Shown piece by piece: positions 60,624 to 64,000 of a stretch of 64,000 nt of DNA. Position numbers and translations under genes: made by a program. The notes beneath the pieces are model-generated. The model had not been told where the DNA came from and did no database searches. It saw nothing but the letters and a program-made list of their open reading frames with translations. Source of the stretch: Promethearchaeota archaeon (GTDB lineage Archaea; Asgardarchaeota; Lokiarchaeia; Sigyniarchaeales; SOKP01); NCBI GenBank assembly GCA_030603385.1, contig JAUVXW010000001.1, positions 128,001 to 192,000 on the forward strand. The letters run 5' to 3'. The stretch's first letter is position 1. The number at the start of each line of letters is the position of its first letter.

Positions 60624-60758
60624 TTAATCATTCTGCCATGATCGAGGTCGAAATTGTGAAACTGGAAAAAAATCAGTTTATAAATTCATACGTGACATCG
60701 GAACACTGTCAGGTTTTTCGAAATGAAAAGCTCTTCTTACCTTCTCCGTACTGCTCAT
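60624..60758 (-). pseudogene. 5' remnant of a uroporphyrinogen decarboxylase / MtaA-CmuA family gene
   Basis: MSSTEKVRRAFHFEKPDSVPMSRMNL*TDFFPVSQFRPRSWQND*; family N-terminal pattern; internal TAA at 60678-60680. Confidence 0.55.
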
Positions 60759-60908
60759 AAAATCTCAATTGAATCTAATTATTAATTAATGATAAAAATA
60801 TAAACATAAATTATTTAATACCTAGTTTATATATTAAACCAAATATAAATTTAAAAAGAATTTAGCTTGAAACCAGAGTTTTCTAAATTTTAAAGTAATT
60901 GGTAAATA

Positions 60909-61985
60909 ATGTCTAAAGATAACGAAAAAAAAATTAAATACTGCGTTTATTGTGGTGTTGATGTCGAAAAAAATAAAACTTATTGCCCAAATTGCGGTAA
61001 GCTAATTATAAAACTTAACTCAAGTGAAACACCAGCAGAACCACGTCCTATTCATAAACCAGTTTCCATGCAAAGGGTTGAAATTTCACGTAAATGTCCT
61101 GGTTGTGGTTCAATTGTTACCTCAACAATTTTAGAACAATGTCCGATATGCAATGCTACTTTAGAAAAAATTCCTGAGGTAAAAAAAATTGCTATCCAAA
61201 AAAAGCCAGGATTGATATTTACAGACAAAAAATTAGAACCCGAACAAAAATTTATATTGAAAAAGGATAAATGGAATTTAAAAGAAGGTTTAAATATCTT
61301 TGGAACTTGTATATACGTTTACATAATAGCCTTTTTTCTTATATATTTCTTATTAGTTTTTCAAGGGGAAGGTGATTCTATTGAACAAAATATTCAAATG
61401 CTTATAATAAGCCAAATTCCTGAAATGTTAATTGCTATTTATCCTATATATTACATACTCTCAAAAAATCATAACTATTCAAAATTAGGCTTTTTTAAAG
61501 ATTCTAAAAAAGTTCTAATAGGCATTTTTATAGGTGTAATAGGAGCAATTAGTTTAATATTACTCAACCTTTTTTACAATTCTTTAATCAGCTATTTAGC
61601 CGAGATAGGCTTGGACATTTTTGATATGGAAACTGAGATCATCATACAAAATCAAATTATTAGAGATGCAGATTTTATATATGTTTTCTTGCTTATAGTA
61701 TTAATTGCTATTGGAGCGGCATCATTAGAAATTGTATATAGAGGCGTTTTGCATAACACTTTAAAACAGAAATTTCGTAATGACGTTTATACAATTCTTT
61801 CGGTTGCATTGATCTATTCAATTTTTATTATATTTATATATCCTAATCCCGCCTACTTCTTATTGAATTTCTTGGGATTTGTAGTATTAGGAATTCTTTG
61901 GGAATTATCCGATGGGAACATTTATAGTACTCTCATTGCAAGTGTTTTTTATAACATTCTCTTAATTGTCTTAATCTATTTTTAG
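60909..61985 (+). CDS. Double zinc ribbon fused to a CPBP (Abi/CAAX protease-like) membrane domain with degenerate active site
   Basis: CVYC..CPNC and CPGC..CPIC; multi-TM region with LEIVYRG, YSIFI and SVFYN at the three motif positions. Confidence 0.75.
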   Translation: MSKDNEKKIKYCVYCGVDVEKNKTYCPNCGKLIIKLNSSETPAEPRPIHKPVSMQRVEISRKCPGCGSIVTSTILEQCPICNATLEKIPEVKKIAIQKKPGLIFTDKKLEPEQKFILKKDKWNLKEGLNIFGTCIYVYIIAFFLIYFLLVFQGEGDSIEQNIQMLIISQIPEMLIAIYPIYYILSKNHNYSKLGFFKDSKKVLIGIFIGVIGAISLILLNLFYNSLISYLAEIGLDIFDMETEIIIQNQIIRDADFIYVFLLIVLIAIGAASLEIVYRGVLHNTLKQKFRNDVYTILSVALIYSIFIIFIYPNPAYFLLNFLGFVVLGILWELSDGNIYSTLIASVFYNILLIVLIYF

Positions 61986-62103
61986 TTTTAACCTTTCATT
62001 ACTCCCTCAATATAAAATTTTAATAATAAGGAAAATCAATAATCTCTATAATTATTTCAATTATTTTTACACGATAAAATATTAGTAGATAGGAGTAAAA
62101 AGA

Positions 62104-62814
62104 TTGAGTAAGACGTTTTACAGAAATAAGGGTTCTAAGGACAATATAGTTATATCCCTTGCGGGGGTTCATGGAGTAGGTAAAACAACAGTCTTCAATC
62201 TTCTTAAAAAAATATTCAAAGATAATAATAAATTTAAATTTTTTCCTGAAAGATATGTAAAAAAACCGCCATTTCCGTTTGGTTCTTCAGATAAGCAGAT
62301 TGGTTTTAGAAGTGAACTTCATTTTCTTCAACAACTCATTAGAAGAAATCAAAATATTTTGAATTTTGATAATAATTACAACGGCAGAATAATAATATTA
62401 GATAGAACTCCTTTATGTGTATTAATATATTCTAAGAGTTTAAATCTTAAAGAGAAAGATTTTACTCTTATTCTAGATACTTATAATTCCATTAAGTGGA
62501 AAGAAAATTATATAATTTATTTGACTGCGAAACCTGATGTAATTTTAAAAAGGATAGTACAGAGAGGCTCACTTGATAAAATAAGAAGAGAGTGGAATGA
62601 GGATGATAACAACTATTTACTAAAAATTCTTGCTTATTATAAACAATTCTTATCTAATAAAACCAATGTGTTTCCTATTAACACAAATGATCTATCTCCA
62701 AAAGAAGTAGTCGATAAGATTAAGATAATAATTACTGACTTATCTGATTATTCTTTTGAGAAGATTGAACAATCTTCCACTACTCAAATGAATTTAGATA
62801 AGTTTTCAAAATAG
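62104..62814 (+). CDS. P-loop deoxynucleoside/thymidylate kinase-like protein
   Basis: GVHGVGKTT, FFPE, IILDRT, IIYLTA..ILKRIVQRG lid. Confidence 0.8.
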   Translation: MSKTFYRNKGSKDNIVISLAGVHGVGKTTVFNLLKKIFKDNNKFKFFPERYVKKPPFPFGSSDKQIGFRSELHFLQQLIRRNQNILNFDNNYNGRIIILDRTPLCVLIYSKSLNLKEKDFTLILDTYNSIKWKENYIIYLTAKPDVILKRIVQRGSLDKIRREWNEDDNNYLLKILAYYKQFLSNKTNVFPINTNDLSPKEVVDKIKIIITDLSDYSFEKIEQSSTTQMNLDKFSK

Positions 62815-62906
62815 AATAATGAAAAAATATATTAAAATAGTCTTTCTATTTATACTTAAATCTCAAAATCTTATTCAATTCAAATTATCTTATAAAGGAA
62901 TAATAA

Positions 62907-63914
62907 ATGTCATCGATTGCTAAAGATATCCAAGAAAAAATGATGTATCTTTTAAAAGATGAAGAGAGTAAAACTGAATTAGAAAATTTGGCAGTCCTTG
63001 ATAGAGTAGGGATGAAAGTAGCAACCGCGTCTTCTTCAGAAGTTGATGCGGATGCAACATCGGCCTCAAGTACTGCTTTAATTGATTTAGGTTTAAGATT
63101 AAATCAAGCAACTGACCATGGGGCTTTAACTGAAATAATTTTACATAATTCCTCGGGATATAGCATATTAATGGCAATAAATGATGAATATATCGTATTT
63201 GGGGGGTTAAGAGCTGTCGTCCGGATAGGATTTTATCTAGGTTATTTGAGAGAATTAGCAAGAAAGCTGAATAAATTAATTTCTGGCGATGAAGAAACTG
63301 AAATGATGCTTTCTTTAGAAGCTTCAGAATTGGAGAAAATCAAGCAACAACAAATGGAGGAAAAGGTTTCAACCATTAAAAAGCCTTCAGTCGAACAAGA
63401 TAAAGCTGCTTTAGATGATTTATTAGGATTTTTGGATGATTGGGAAAAAGAAGGCGAAGAATTCGAGGATCTTGAAGCAGAAATTGATAATAATGTTGTC
63501 TCAATCCCAAAATCCATTGACCTTGGTATTGATCATGAAGTGAAAGAAATAGGGGAAACTATCACCCCTCAATTTGAAGAAACATCTATCTCTAAAACTC
63601 ATCCACAATTTAAAGTTTATGACGATGAAGTTCCTCCAATTGCTCTGGATGACTACACACCAATGGAAATTGAAGAGGATTTAGTTTCTGAGGAACCATC
63701 ACCTATAGAAGAAGCAACGACTTATGAGGAATCTCCTCCGGTAGAAGAATTGCCATCATCAGGTGAACTACCTTCTTTAGAAGAATTAGCACCTCCTGAT
63801 TTTGATATTGAATCTTCTGCTTCTGAATATGATACTGAATTTGTATTAGAGGAAGAATCAGAAACGTTAGGATCGGTGCTACGCGATCTCGGTTGGGACC
63901 AAGAAGAAGATTAA
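62907..63914 (+). CDS. Roadblock/LC7 domain protein with long acidic tail
   Basis: LAVLDRVGMKVA, SASSTALIDLG, EIILHNSSGYSILMAI, IGFYLGYLRELA; the remaining ~200 aa are E/D/P-rich. Confidence 0.8.
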   Translation: MSSIAKDIQEKMMYLLKDEESKTELENLAVLDRVGMKVATASSSEVDADATSASSTALIDLGLRLNQATDHGALTEIILHNSSGYSILMAINDEYIVFGGLRAVVRIGFYLGYLRELARKLNKLISGDEETEMMLSLEASELEKIKQQQMEEKVSTIKKPSVEQDKAALDDLLGFLDDWEKEGEEFEDLEAEIDNNVVSIPKSIDLGIDHEVKEIGETITPQFEETSISKTHPQFKVYDDEVPPIALDDYTPMEIEEDLVSEEPSPIEEATTYEESPPVEELPSSGELPSLEELAPPDFDIESSASEYDTEFVLEEESETLGSVLRDLGWDQEED

Positions 63915-63938
63915 ACCCTATTTCGAAATTTTAATAAT

Positions 63939-64000
63939 TTAGTATCTTCTATCTTTCGAAACTATTTTTACATTTAAGGCTTCTGGTCCTTTTCCCTCTT
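63939..64000 (-). CDS. 3' end of a probable cold-shock domain protein (partial)
   Basis: Reverse frame reads EGKGPEALNVKIVSKDRRY*, resembling the CSD C-terminal strand KGPxAxNV. Confidence 0.5.
   Translation of the reverse strand, partial: EGKGPEALNVKIVSKDRRY

Noticed and set aside
874-63517. Short ORF-track entries overlapping longer genes (e.g. 874-1200, 4133-4411, 7037-7360, 9597-9941, 17496-17915, 50171-50617, 63242-63517)
   Set aside because: Antisense or alternate-frame shadows of well-supported genes, with no recognisable motifs.
1-64000. tRNA, rRNA, integrase, transposase or defence-system genes
   Set aside because: No GC-rich structured RNA segments or corresponding protein motifs were seen.

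Overview
AT-rich archaeal chromosomal segment, almost certainly from an Asgard archaeon (Lokiarchaeia/Promethearchaeota-like). It mixes H4MPT/F420 C1 enzymes (ftr, mtd, mch, FrhB-like), a glycine cleavage cluster (gcvT-H-PA-PB), purine/MTA salvage (apt, PfkB kinase, mtnP), glycogen genes (glgA, GH57), archaeal information-processing genes (GlyRS, L35Ae, RecJ/Cdc45-like DHH, beta-CASP RNase, XPD helicase) and several eukaryote-signature proteins (Rag/Gtr-like GTPase with roadblock domain, Rab-like GTPase, stand-alone roadblock protein, presenilin, Snf7/ESCRT-III). I found no rRNA, tRNA, CRISPR array or transposase. Most notable observations: (1) a 673-aa Zn-finger / helical / PH-like / N-Q-P-Y low-complexity / Vps23 'steadiness box'-like protein encoded two genes from an orphan Snf7-family gene, a candidate second ESCRT-I/ESCRT-III module; (2) two conserved genes (XPD helicase and 3-hydroxyacyl-CoA dehydrogenase) whose essential N-terminal motifs have no in-frame ATG/GTG/TTG upstream but do have ATA 6 nt after a GGTGT Shine-Dalgarno; (3) a PIP-box-like tail on a nucleoside/nucleotide kinase; (4) several small ORFs and gene remnants missed by the ORF track. 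All assignments come from motif recognition by eye; no database searches were run.
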